From a virus (lineage: Duplodnaviria; Caudoviricetes), in IMG/VR virus record IMGVR_UViG_3300013383_000023, positions 1 to 64,000 of that record: DNA of 64,000 nucleotides. One strand, given 5' to 3'. Shown one piece after another: positions 1 to 7,928 of this stretch (the stretch's first letter is position 1; the number at the start of each line of letters is the position of its first letter). The notes under the pieces are model-generated. The model did not search any database. It was given only the letters and a program-made list of their open reading frames with translations, and was not told the DNA's origin. The translations under genes were made by a program, and so were the position numbers.

Positions 1-171
1 ATCATCCACATGAACAGTCTAACTCCAACACCAAACTTCGTTTGACCTGATTTCGATGGCCAGGGGGTGCTTGCCTCGAACCTATGAGTTGGGGACTCAA
101 TAGGGGGCAGTTTCACATCTTTGCCCACACACGGTTCCATATTTTTACACATGCAATTTCTAAAAAAATAA

Positions 172-200
172 AAAATCCGAGAATTTTACTTCCCGGATTT
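172..200 (-). terminator. Intrinsic terminator for the minus-strand gene cluster
   Basis: Hairpin ATCCGAGAA-TTTTAC-TTCCCGGAT with an A-run on its left (U-tract on the - strand), overlapping the stop codon at 186. Confidence 0.5.
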
Positions 201-434
201 ATAGTCTATACTCTCAAGTTCTATTCGCTTTTTCTTGAGATTTAATCTTATATTCATACAAGCTTTTCCATTCACAAATACTTTATAATCGCCAAGATCA
301 ATTGGATAAGACTCTAATTGATTCTTGAGCATTTGCCCTGTTAGCTATATTATACTCCATCCATCTTCATCCATTCCGATAGTGGGGGTGTAGTAGCCAT
401 TATTATCTTCAACAATATCTTTAACGTCTTTCAT
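186..434 (-). CDS. Hypothetical protein, 82 aa, one in-frame TAG
   Basis: MKDVKDIVEDNNGYYTPTIGMDEDGWSII(TAG)LTGQMLK...SGK-TAA; start overlaps the end of the upstream peptide ORF; absent from the ORF track. Confidence 0.65.
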
Positions 435-498
435 CTCCAAATAAATATAAACAAGCTATTATCTCAATAGCTAAAACTAGTATTATTCCTCCAATCAT
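421..498 (-). CDS. Small membrane peptide, 25 aa
   Basis: MIGGIILVLAIEIIACLYLFGDERR*; ATGA overlap with the upstream peptide ORF. Confidence 0.5.
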   Translation of the reverse strand: MIGGIILVLAIEIIACLYLFGDERR

Positions 499-581
499 AT
501 CAATCTATCTAACCAATCGAATACAAACCCCATAAGATAATATACCGCAATTATTACTATAACAACATATAATCCATCCAT
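495..581 (-). CDS. Small membrane peptide, 28 aa
   Basis: MDGLYVVIVIIAVYYLMGFVFDWLDRLI*; starts 2 nt after the stop of 584..1120. Confidence 0.5.
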   Translation of the reverse strand: MDGLYVVIVIIAVYYLMGFVFDWLDRLI

Positions 582-583
582 GA

Positions 584-1120
584 TCAATGCTTCTTTGTCT
601 TCTTTGAATATTCTACAGTTACTGCGTCGTTTATGTTCTTTACTATCCATTGCATTAAGTAAGCCATGTGTTCATTACTGTTGTTTTCTGAAACGTATTC
701 TAGCCCTATATAAGACATCATTTCGTCTAATACATGAGTAGCTTCATGAGCTATTTCTGATATATCTGGCTTCCCGTTAAAGGCTACCAATACGCCTATT
801 TTATCATTGCTTTTACTAAATATTGAGCCATATGTACATCCAAACGTTTGTTTACCCATTCCGATTAATTTGCAGTTCTCGCATTCAGTATACCCAAAAT
901 TATCGTTTATATGTTCTTCTGTTGGGTTAAAACAAACGAACAGTGTTTGTGGATAAATATCATTAGAATATTCGTATATTTTAAGTTTATTTTTTTCATT
1001 TTTTAATCCTATATAATCATACCAACCGTTTTGTAATCTTTCTAATTGTGACTTTCTTAAGAGTTCGCAAGCTTGTTTAAATTTATTATCTTCTGCGGTT
1101 TCTTTCAGTGTTGAACACAT
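584..1120 (-). CDS. Putative zincin-like metalloprotein (HExxH)
   Basis: IAHEATHV motif with downstream NEHMAY. Confidence 0.65.
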   Translation of the reverse strand: MCSTLKETAEDNKFKQACELLRKSQLERLQNGWYDYIGLKNEKNKLKIYEYSNDIYPQTLFVCFNPTEEHINDNFGYTECENCKLIGMGKQTFGCTYGSIFSKSNDKIGVLVAFNGKPDISEIAHEATHVLDEMMSYIGLEYVSENNSNEHMAYLMQWIVKNINDAVTVEYSKKTKKH

Positions 1121-1574
1121 ACCTTGAGCATTCTTTTTCTTCTAAATCTCCATCATCATTTACTTCCCGATGCTTATATTTAATTGATTTTAAGTAATTG
1201 GCGCATTTATTATACGCTTCTGATTTCTCTTGTTTAGTAGAATATTGGTGGACATATTGTAATATTCTTTTCCAATCTACTACTCCGCAAGCTTGTATGT
1301 TACAAATATCTTCAATAAAACTATTTACTCCGCCTTCTCCGAACTTATCTCGTATTTGATTATATTCTTTAGCTGATTGCTTAAAGTATTTATTATCCCT
1401 ACTAAAAGTAGGCATACTATCTACTAAATATGCTAGATTTATTGGTGTTTTGAATATAAAGAAATACTTAGGACTATTAGTAACTGGGATACTTCTAGCT
1501 CTTAATGATAAGTAGTCAGCGTAGTATAGTATACTATTAAGTTCTATATCAGTATATTCTTCTAAGTTTATCAT
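1086..1574 (-). CDS. Hypothetical protein, 162 aa
   Basis: Intact ORF; first gene of the minus-strand cluster. Confidence 0.75.
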   Translation of the reverse strand: MINLEEYTDIELNSILYYADYLSLRARSIPVTNSPKYFFIFKTPINLAYLVDSMPTFSRDNKYFKQSAKEYNQIRDKFGEGGVNSFIEDICNIQACGVVDWKRILQYVHQYSTKQEKSEAYNKCANYLKSIKYKHREVNDDGDLEEKECSRYVFNTERNRRR

Positions 1575-1617
1575 ATATTACTCTTACTAATAACTAGGTT
1601 AAACATGTTTATCTTAT

Positions 1618-1687
1618 TAGTCTTACTAAATATATAGTCCTACTAACTATATAGTCTATATAATCTTTATAGTCTTTAACAAGACTA
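1618..1687. repeat. Four degenerate ~17-bp tandem repeats starting TAGTC
   Basis: TAGTC at 1618, 1635, 1652, 1670 (TAGTCTTACTAAATATA / TAGTCCTACTAACTATA / TAGTCTATATAATCTTTA / TAGTCTTTAACAAGACTA). Confidence 0.6.
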
Positions 1688-1740
1688 TCCCTATCTCCTA
1701 AAGAAAATATATAAAAGAAAGGGTTCTTCCCCACAGACTA

Positions 1741-1838
1741 CCATATAACGTAAAAATCTTACAAAAGTTGCAAAATTAAAAAATATTTTAATAAATTTTC
1801 ATATTTGAAACCTTTTGCTACTAAATTTACGTTAATGG
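1741..1838. promoter_or_regulatory. Back-to-back pair of putative phage promoters
   Basis: - strand GCAACTTTTGTAAGATTTTTACGTTATATGG (1771-1741) and + strand GAAACCTTTTGCTACTAAATTTACGTTAATGG (1807-1838) at the strand switch. Confidence 0.55.
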
Positions 1839-1876
1839 CCACGAAAACAGAAAATAAATAATTAAATTTCTAGGAT

Positions 1877-2293
1877 ATGACAAAAGAATTGAAATTTGTA
1901 AAGCCTTACTTCATGATGGATCCCAACGATAGAATGGTGATCTCCGAAGATGGCAAGTCTTATGTAAGTACTTACAGTGACGAATATCACGCAGATAGCG
2001 ATGACGACAATGTTTGGTCTACTTACTCTTCGACATTTGCAATATCAACAGAACAAGCCAAGCGATTGCTCGCACAGGGAGTCGTTGAGGAGGTTCATGA
2101 AACAAAGGATCAGGCTAATAAATTTGTTAATATATTTGATGAAATCGATAATCTTATTTCATTGTATACATTGCAACTTACAACGCTTGACGAAGATTAT
2201 AAAGATCAGCCATTGTGCCTTAAAAACGAAAAGCTGACAGTATTAAATAACCTCATTAAGCTTTTAAATCATCTTAAAAATTTGAAGAAATGA
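1877..2293 (+). CDS. Hypothetical protein, 138 aa
   Basis: Intact ORF; ATGA-coupled to the next gene. Confidence 0.8.
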   Translation: MTKELKFVKPYFMMDPNDRMVISEDGKSYVSTYSDEYHADSDDDNVWSTYSSTFAISTEQAKRLLAQGVVEEVHETKDQANKFVNIFDEIDNLISLYTLQLTTLDEDYKDQPLCLKNEKLTVLNNLIKLLNHLKNLKK

Positions 2294-2736
2294 ACAAAGT
2301 AGATCAATCAAAGTTAGCTGGATCTGTAGCTGAGAAGATTCAATATGAGTTCAATCGAGACTTCTTGGTAAAGCCGCTTCCAGTTGAAAAAATTAAGAAG
2401 GAGTTTACTACTCCAGTATCTACTGGCAAACATGAGGATAAGAATGGAGTTGAAGCAAATGACTTTAACGAAGTTAAAACTGAAGTAAAAGAAGTTGATT
2501 CAGATTTCATGAAGGGAATCGTTCTTAAAGTTCCGCATGAGTTTGAAAGACAGCTTTCAGATGCTAAGTTCACTCCAATTAACATTAGGGTTGGAGATAC
2601 GTTAATCTTTAAGAGATCTAATAGGTATTTTGATTTAGTTAAAGATACTATGCTCGTAGCATCATTTGATATAATAGCAGTTGAATATACTGGTGGAGAT
2701 AGAGAAAGCGTGCAAGTAGATAGCAAAGAAGCTTAA
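2290..2736 (+). CDS. GroES/Cpn10-like co-chaperonin
   Basis: Pattern RDFLVKP...GIVLKV...INIRVGDTLIF...DIIAV resembles GroES strands. Confidence 0.55.
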   Translation: MNKVDQSKLAGSVAEKIQYEFNRDFLVKPLPVEKIKKEFTTPVSTGKHEDKNGVEANDFNEVKTEVKEVDSDFMKGIVLKVPHEFERQLSDAKFTPINIRVGDTLIFKRSNRYFDLVKDTMLVASFDIIAVEYTGGDRESVQVDSKEA

Positions 2737-2959
2737 TTTAGATTATGAATTAGTTCACAAAATAGTCTACTATCAATTTAAGTTTATAGTAGATGTCATG
2801 AAAGATGATCAAGATACTCATGACATACTAATAAATGAACTATTTAAATTTAAACTTAAGCCGAGATTCAAGAATAATAAACAGGCTAATTATAGCCCAA
2901 AATGTAAATACAATGGCAAAGAAGACAACAAAGAAAGTCGTAAAGACAAAGAAGATTAA
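2681..2959 (+). CDS. HU/IHF-like DNA-binding protein, one TAG; start uncertain (TTG 2681 or GTG 2693)
   Basis: EIEKACK(TAG)IAKKLNLDYELVHKIVYYQFKFIVDVMK...ILINELFKFKLK fits the HU helix-helix-strand pattern; absent from the ORF track. Confidence 0.6.
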
Positions 2960-3302
2960 TAACCCAGAGCTTATCGTAAACACATTAGATCTTACTAATG
3001 AATTCGATACACAATTGGCAATTGTTAACGCAAAGATTGCTGCTGCTAAAGAGAATGTTACTCTTACTTTAGATGAACTTCGTATTGTTTCTGAAGCAAT
3101 TTATTGGTCAGTAAAAGACATTTGTGTAGCAGAGTCGTTGAAGTCAATTTTCGAAGATAAGCGTGAGTATTTAGTAAACCGAGATGGCGATAATTTAAAT
3201 GTTTCAAAGATCGTATATACTGAAGGGGATAAGGATCAGATGAAGAAACATGGATTTCTCAACAAGGCTTATGAGTGGGTTAAATCAAAGTTTAGTAAGT
3301 AA
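2913..3302 (+). CDS. Hypothetical protein, 129 aa
   Basis: Likely start MAKKTTKK at 2913, inside track ORF 2835..3302. Confidence 0.7.
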   Translation: MAKKTTKKVVKTKKINNPELIVNTLDLTNEFDTQLAIVNAKIAAAKENVTLTLDELRIVSEAIYWSVKDICVAESLKSIFEDKREYLVNRDGDNLNVSKIVYTEGDKDQMKKHGFLNKAYEWVKSKFSK

Positions 3303-3361
3303 TACGGTTTATTAAACACCGAAAGTTTAATATATTTTCTTCATAAAAAATTGAATTGGTA

Positions 3362-3434
3362 TTCCTACGAGACAACTGGTGGAGTCAAGTCAATATAAAG
3401 ACACAATAGCGAGGTCCGATTCCTCGGTAGGAAA
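3362..3434 (+). tRNA. Degenerate tRNA / tRNA-like element with a non-canonical anticodon arm
   Basis: Acceptor TTCCTAC/GTAGGAA, D stem GAC/GTC with TGG loop, T arm CGAGG-TCCGATT-CCTCG; anticodon arm only GTC-AATATAAA-GAC. Confidence 0.6.
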
Positions 3435-3640
3435 CTTCGTGGTTAATTCCACATGCTAAGAACTAACATTGTTGATTGTGATACATGTATTACTATCAAT
3501 ACGGTGATTACGAAATAATCAATACGATTGCACCGGATCGTATAATTGTCCGGCGAATGATTTTATAAATCCGGAGGCGACGACTCTTGTTAACAACGTC
3601 AATATTGCCCATTTGCGTAACAGCTAGCGCACCGGGCTCT

Positions 3641-4625
3641 TTTGTCCAATGAATAATTGAATATATATAATGGAAAATAAAATATATAAGCTCTCGGACG
3701 AACAGTTCGTTGAGCTACTCAAGAAAAGTTCAACAATATCTGAAGTGTTATTTAAACTTGGTTATACAGTTAAAGGAAATTCTTGGGGTTACTCTCAAGT
3801 TAAAAGAAGAATGACTGATCTTAATTTAGATTATTCTATATTTAAGGGAAAGTCAGCTGTTATAAAAACAACAAAGTTAAATACGGTTAAAAAAGAAGAT
3901 ATACTAAAAGAAAATTGTAGGCATCAGCGTACAGTACTACGAAGGTATGTTATAAAGAATAATCTTATTCCTTATAAATGCGCAATATGTGGATGTACAG
4001 AGTGGCAAGGAAAAACTTTAAGCTTGGAACTTGATCATATAAATGGTATAAACAATGATAATAGGTTAGAGAATCTTAGATTCTTATGCCCTAATTGCCA
4101 TAGCCAAACATCAACATACGGTAGTAGAAACCAACAACTTAATAGTTCAGAATACGATATTCCAGACGATTTAAGAAAGATAGTCGAAGAGAAATATAAT
4201 GAAGTTAAAAGTGTTAAAAAGGTTTCATCTATACTTGGAATACGTAGATGTGTTGTTACAAAAATAGTTAACGAATCTGGTCAAAAACATTCTAATCAGA
4301 AGTACATAATAAGATATGATAAAGATTGGAATGAGCTTGCAAGATATGGTTCTCTTGTAGAGGCGGCTAAAGCTTTAATAGAAGCTAATGAAGTTAAGAC
4401 TAAGCGGGTAAAGACTTGTACTAGAACAATAATGTACAACAAAGATGATTTTTGGTTGAACAGTCATTGGAAAATATTGGATGGTAGTGGGATAATAAAT
4501 AATCCACTATTAGAACCGTCTCTAATTGACTCGGAAGACAATGTTGACGAGGCGCAAGCGAAAGCGGCGTGACAGACTAAACGAGAGGGCTGACCTTAGG
4601 GTTGGATGCAATAGTCGAGCTTATG
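3641..4625 (+). mobile_element. Group I intron (985 nt) in the suppressor tRNA anticodon
   Basis: 5' exon ends in U; intron ends in G; P7 elements CAGACTA (~4574) and ATAGTC (4611); candidate IGS TTGGA at 4477-4481. Confidence 0.85.
3670..4572 (+). CDS. Intron-encoded HNH homing endonuclease
   Basis: CAICG...LELDHINGINNDNRLENLRFLCPNCH; NUMOD1-like C-terminus (YGSLVEAAKAL). Confidence 0.9.
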   Translation: MENKIYKLSDEQFVELLKKSSTISEVLFKLGYTVKGNSWGYSQVKRRMTDLNLDYSIFKGKSAVIKTTKLNTVKKEDILKENCRHQRTVLRRYVIKNNLIPYKCAICGCTEWQGKTLSLELDHINGINNDNRLENLRFLCPNCHSQTSTYGSRNQQLNSSEYDIPDDLRKIVEEKYNEVKSVKKVSSILGIRRCVVTKIVNESGQKHSNQKYIIRYDKDWNELARYGSLVEAAKALIEANEVKTKRVKTCTRTIMYNKDDFWLNSHWKILDGSGIINNPLLEPSLIDSEDNVDEAQAKAA

Positions 4626-4682
4626 AACCCCGGGGGAGTGGGGGCGGCACCTACATGGGCTACTAATTAAAATATAATAACT

Positions 4683-5297
4683 ATGATATTAGGTTCACAT
4701 AATACATTATCATACTTAATTCCAAGCAAATGGTATAAACGACCATTTAAATGGATGGCTAAATGTCAAAATAAAACTTATAAAGAGCAGTACGATCTTG
4801 GCGTTAGATTATTTGATCTTAGACTTAGATTTACCGATAGCCATGAAATAATTGTTTGTCACGGCAAGATTGAATATAAGTTTACTATCTACGATCTTAA
4901 AGATTTTTTAAACTTCTTAAACACTAAGAAAGATTGTTATTTGAGAGTTATTTATGAAAATACCAATTCAAAAGATATCTTGGAAAACTCTAAAGAGAGG
5001 TTATTTAAAGAGTTCTGCAGAAATATCCAAGATTCATATAAGAACATTGTTTTCTTCGGAGGTAATCGAAAATATGATTGGAAACAGATATTTAAATTTC
5101 TTGCCGAAGAGAAAGCGCCTAAATTGATTGATAGGTATTCTAGTACTACTAGCTTATTTAAATCAAATAATAGATTCTTACGTATTATAGACGACTTATG
5201 GCCATGGTTATATGCGAAATTAAACAATCATGAAAACTACAATTTGTATAAAGAGTCTGAAGATTGTCTCTTTATGGACTTTGTAGATATGAAGTAA
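4683..5297 (+). CDS. PI-specific phospholipase C X-domain-like phosphodiesterase
   Basis: ILGSHNT...AKCQ...EQYDLGVRLFDLRL...CHG motifs. Confidence 0.75.
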   Translation: MILGSHNTLSYLIPSKWYKRPFKWMAKCQNKTYKEQYDLGVRLFDLRLRFTDSHEIIVCHGKIEYKFTIYDLKDFLNFLNTKKDCYLRVIYENTNSKDILENSKERLFKEFCRNIQDSYKNIVFFGGNRKYDWKQIFKFLAEEKAPKLIDRYSSTTSLFKSNNRFLRIIDDLWPWLYAKLNNHENYNLYKESEDCLFMDFVDMK

Positions 5298-5388
5298 TCA
5301 TCCTCGTTATGACTTGCGCGAAGTCGAAAAGGCTTAGGGGATTGCGATAGAGGATGGCCGATCTAGACGGTTAACTGAAAAATCCCTT
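5298..5388 (+). ncRNA. Candidate structured RNA with a pseudoknot
   Basis: TCATCCTC/GAGGATGG, GACTT/AAGTC, CCG/CGG, plus crossing pair AGGGGATT/AATCCCTT. Confidence 0.4.
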
Positions 5389-5414
5389 CCTATTAACATT
5401 ATTTTATACTAAAC

Positions 5415-5942
5415 ATGGATCTAAAAATTAAACGATTAACAGATAAGGCTATAATGCCTGTACGCGCTCATGAAGGAGACGCAGGACTTGATCTTACATG
5501 CACTAATATCACTAGTGAAATTAATGAATGCGGTCAGCTTATTTTAGTATATCACACAGATCTTGCTGTAGAAATTCCAGAAGGCTATGTTGGATTACTT
5601 TGTCCTAGATCTAGTATTTATAAGAAGTCGTTGATGCAAACCAATTGTGTTGGAATAATTGATTCAAGCTATCGTGGAGAACTTATGGTTAAGTTTAGAG
5701 CTACTACAGATGTAGTTCCTGCGATTTATAATATTGGCGATAGATTCACACAGCTTATTATTGTTCCGTACATAGCTCCAGTTGTTACAGAAGTAACAGA
5801 GTTGTCTAAAACAGATCGCGGAGAAGGTGGTTATGGATCAAGCGACAATAAAGAAATTAGCGCGGAAACGGGATCTCGTGATAATGAGACCGCACCAGAT
5901 CAAGCGGCTGAACATAAAGACGGTTCTGAGTCGGCTGAATAA
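5415..5942 (+). CDS. dut: Trimeric dUTPase
   Basis: AGLDL, PRSS, GIIDSSYRGE and RGEGGYGSS motifs. Confidence 0.95.
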   Translation: MDLKIKRLTDKAIMPVRAHEGDAGLDLTCTNITSEINECGQLILVYHTDLAVEIPEGYVGLLCPRSSIYKKSLMQTNCVGIIDSSYRGELMVKFRATTDVVPAIYNIGDRFTQLIIVPYIAPVVTEVTELSKTDRGEGGYGSSDNKEISAETGSRDNETAPDQAAEHKDGSESAE

Positions 5943-5961
5943 TACCGGGATAAAAGCCGAG

Positions 5962-6000
5962 AAAGGGGATGTCACATAGTGGCTGCCCCTTTATTTGTTT
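5962..6000 (+). terminator. Intrinsic terminator
   Basis: AAAGGGG...CCCCTTT hairpin followed by ATTTGTTT. Confidence 0.6.
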
Positions 6001-6019
6001 AATCAATAATTAATTTAAC

Positions 6020-7618
6020 ATGTTAAAGACAAATATAATAGATACAAAATATATTGGCGATGATGGTCGTGCAAAATAGCTTTGTATAATAGAGCCAGAT
6101 TCTACTAAAGACATATCTCTCAATTCTAAAGATATAGTGTCTGCTGGGTCTATTAAAAAGTTAATTGAAGCAATTGGGCCTCATACTCCAGAATATGATC
6201 CTACTGAAATAAATAAACGAGTTTACGCTGTTGAATCGGAGATTAGAACTCTAACAAATTATGTTTACGTCGATGAAAATAAAGATGTGAATATTAGCTA
6301 GCTTAATGTTGGTGGAATTACAACTGCTAATTACGGTACTAGAATTACAGTTCCAGGCGAAACAGATGATATCGACATTGGTCTATTGGGCGGACAGAAG
6401 CCAAATAAATATTAGTATTACCCCATATTGACTGCGAAAGGATATAATAAGCCAATTGTCGATGCTATGGGGAATGTTAATTGCTTTTCCTTAAATGTGA
6501 AAGACCAGATGCATTCTTATGCTTTAATTAAAGCACATGGAGATTTAAGTGTAGATGGTGATACAGCGCTTGGAAAAGCTTATATATCTGATGTAAACAC
6601 TTATGAATTACACCCGTGGTCGAAAGATGGGATTTCGCTGTATACAAAGCATGATGATGAATCTACGAGTCGGATTGCTACATTATGTGGCCCTAAACTT
6701 AAGAATGACGACGCTTTCCCTATATTAAGTATTGCTGGTAGAACTATGTCAATTATTGATGTTAATTCAAATATTAATGCCGAAACTATAAAAGCTAGCA
6801 ATATTAAATGTGTATATACAACTGCCACAACGTATTTAGATGTTGACAGCACTTCGAATTTTAAAGGGTTGATTACTGCTACTGGCGGAATTTAGATTGG
6901 AATGGTATCAATACAGAATGGTGTTGGGCCATCATTTAATGGTATGCAATGCGGTATGACATCATCTGGCCTTATACAAACTTAGGGTGTTTATACAAAT
7001 GTTATTACAAATGGCTCGACTGAAAAGAAAGCTTATCTCACAGATGGTACAACTGCGGCATTGCCAGATACTACTGCTATTGAAGCTAATATAACATCTC
7101 TCACTAGTAGGGTGTCTGCACTTGAAAGTAATTCTTCATCTGGCTCCAGTTCTTCGTCTGATTCTGCTACATTTGATGAGTTGACAATTAACGGAGGCTC
7201 AAGCGGGAAAATATAGTTTAGTAATAATACGTTTAAATAGTGCGAGCTTCCAGGTAGAAGGGATTTAAATATATTACAGTCTACATATATTGGCTATGGG
7301 CCTGGTGGACCAGAATCTGTTGATGAATACAAATCGTACTTTTTATATGTCGATTAGCCAACATACATTAAAAATTTAAGCGTTGGATCGATATCTAATT
7401 TTTCTCCATCAAGACTTACCGGATTATATTATATAGAACCACCAACAGATAAATCTTTACAAATAGATGGCAAACTTTCTGTCGATGGAAAATCTACGTT
7501 TTATAATAGTATATCAGTTGATGGAACTGTAACGGCCACTAATTTAGCTATTTCAAGCGGTGGAAAAACTTATCAATTTGATGTCACAAAAGCCATATCT
7601 CTTGGAATTCTTAAATAA
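6020..7618 (+). CDS. Tail fibre/spike-like structural protein, 532 aa with TAG readthrough
   Basis: Single frame ATG 6020 to TAA 7618 broken only by TAG; beta-rich G/S/T composition; C-terminus resembles that of 13650..14276. Confidence 0.7.
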
Positions 7619-7626
7619 TAATTATA

Positions 7627-7857
7627 ATGGATAACGTATTAGTACAATTCGCACAGGGATTAGAAAGATTCTATTTATCTACTACATACCCTGATACAAT
7701 ATATTTTGCAACAGATACACGCAAGATCTTTTTGAATGGTGTTGTATATACTAGTCAAGAAGAAATTGACGAAAAAATTAATACTCTTACTAAAGATATT
7801 AGTACCCTTACTACTGAAGTATCAAAGATTAAAGAGTCTTTGAATCAGTTTAAATAA
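7627..7857 (+). CDS. Small fibre-associated protein
   Basis: TIYFATDTRKIFLNG motif followed by a coiled coil. Confidence 0.7.
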   Translation: MDNVLVQFAQGLERFYLSTTYPDTIYFATDTRKIFLNGVVYTSQEEIDEKINTLTKDISTLTTEVSKIKESLNQFK

Positions 7858-7880
7858 CCAATACCCTCAATTGGTTTGTT

Positions 7881-7928
7881 AGCTATGCTAGGATGGTAGT
7901 TAAATGTGTTCGAGTCACGTCATAGCTT
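7881..7928 (+). ncRNA. Minimal tRNA-like structure lacking an anticodon arm
   Basis: AGCTATG/CATAGCT acceptor-like stem; ATGTG-TTCGAGT-CACGT T arm; only CTA-GGATGG-TAG between them. Confidence 0.55.

Larger units (their letters stand above)
3606..4662 (+). tRNA. Amber suppressor tRNA (anticodon CUA, probably Gln), exons 3606-3640 and 4626-4662
   Basis: Joined exons fold as a cloverleaf: acceptor (T)GCCCAT/ATGGGC(T), anticodon arm CCGGG-CT CT|A AC-CCCGG, T arm GTGGG-GGCGGCA-CCTAC. Confidence 0.85.

Noticed and set aside
1618-1687. CRISPR array
   Set aside because: Units are 17 bp, degenerate and lack spacers; no cas genes seen
2835-2912. N-terminal extension of ORF 2835..3302
   Set aside because: Overlaps the HU-like gene in another frame; ATG 2913 is the more plausible start
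3434-3470. Theta/HDV-like ribozyme downstream of the tRNAs (also checked after 4662 and at TCCTCG 5301)
   Set aside because: Could not build the nested P1/P2/P3 double pseudoknot at any of these sites
5920-5965. Twister-like string CGGGATAAAAG
   Set aside because: Lacks the P4 GUCCnAAGC core; better explained as a hairpin preceding a terminator
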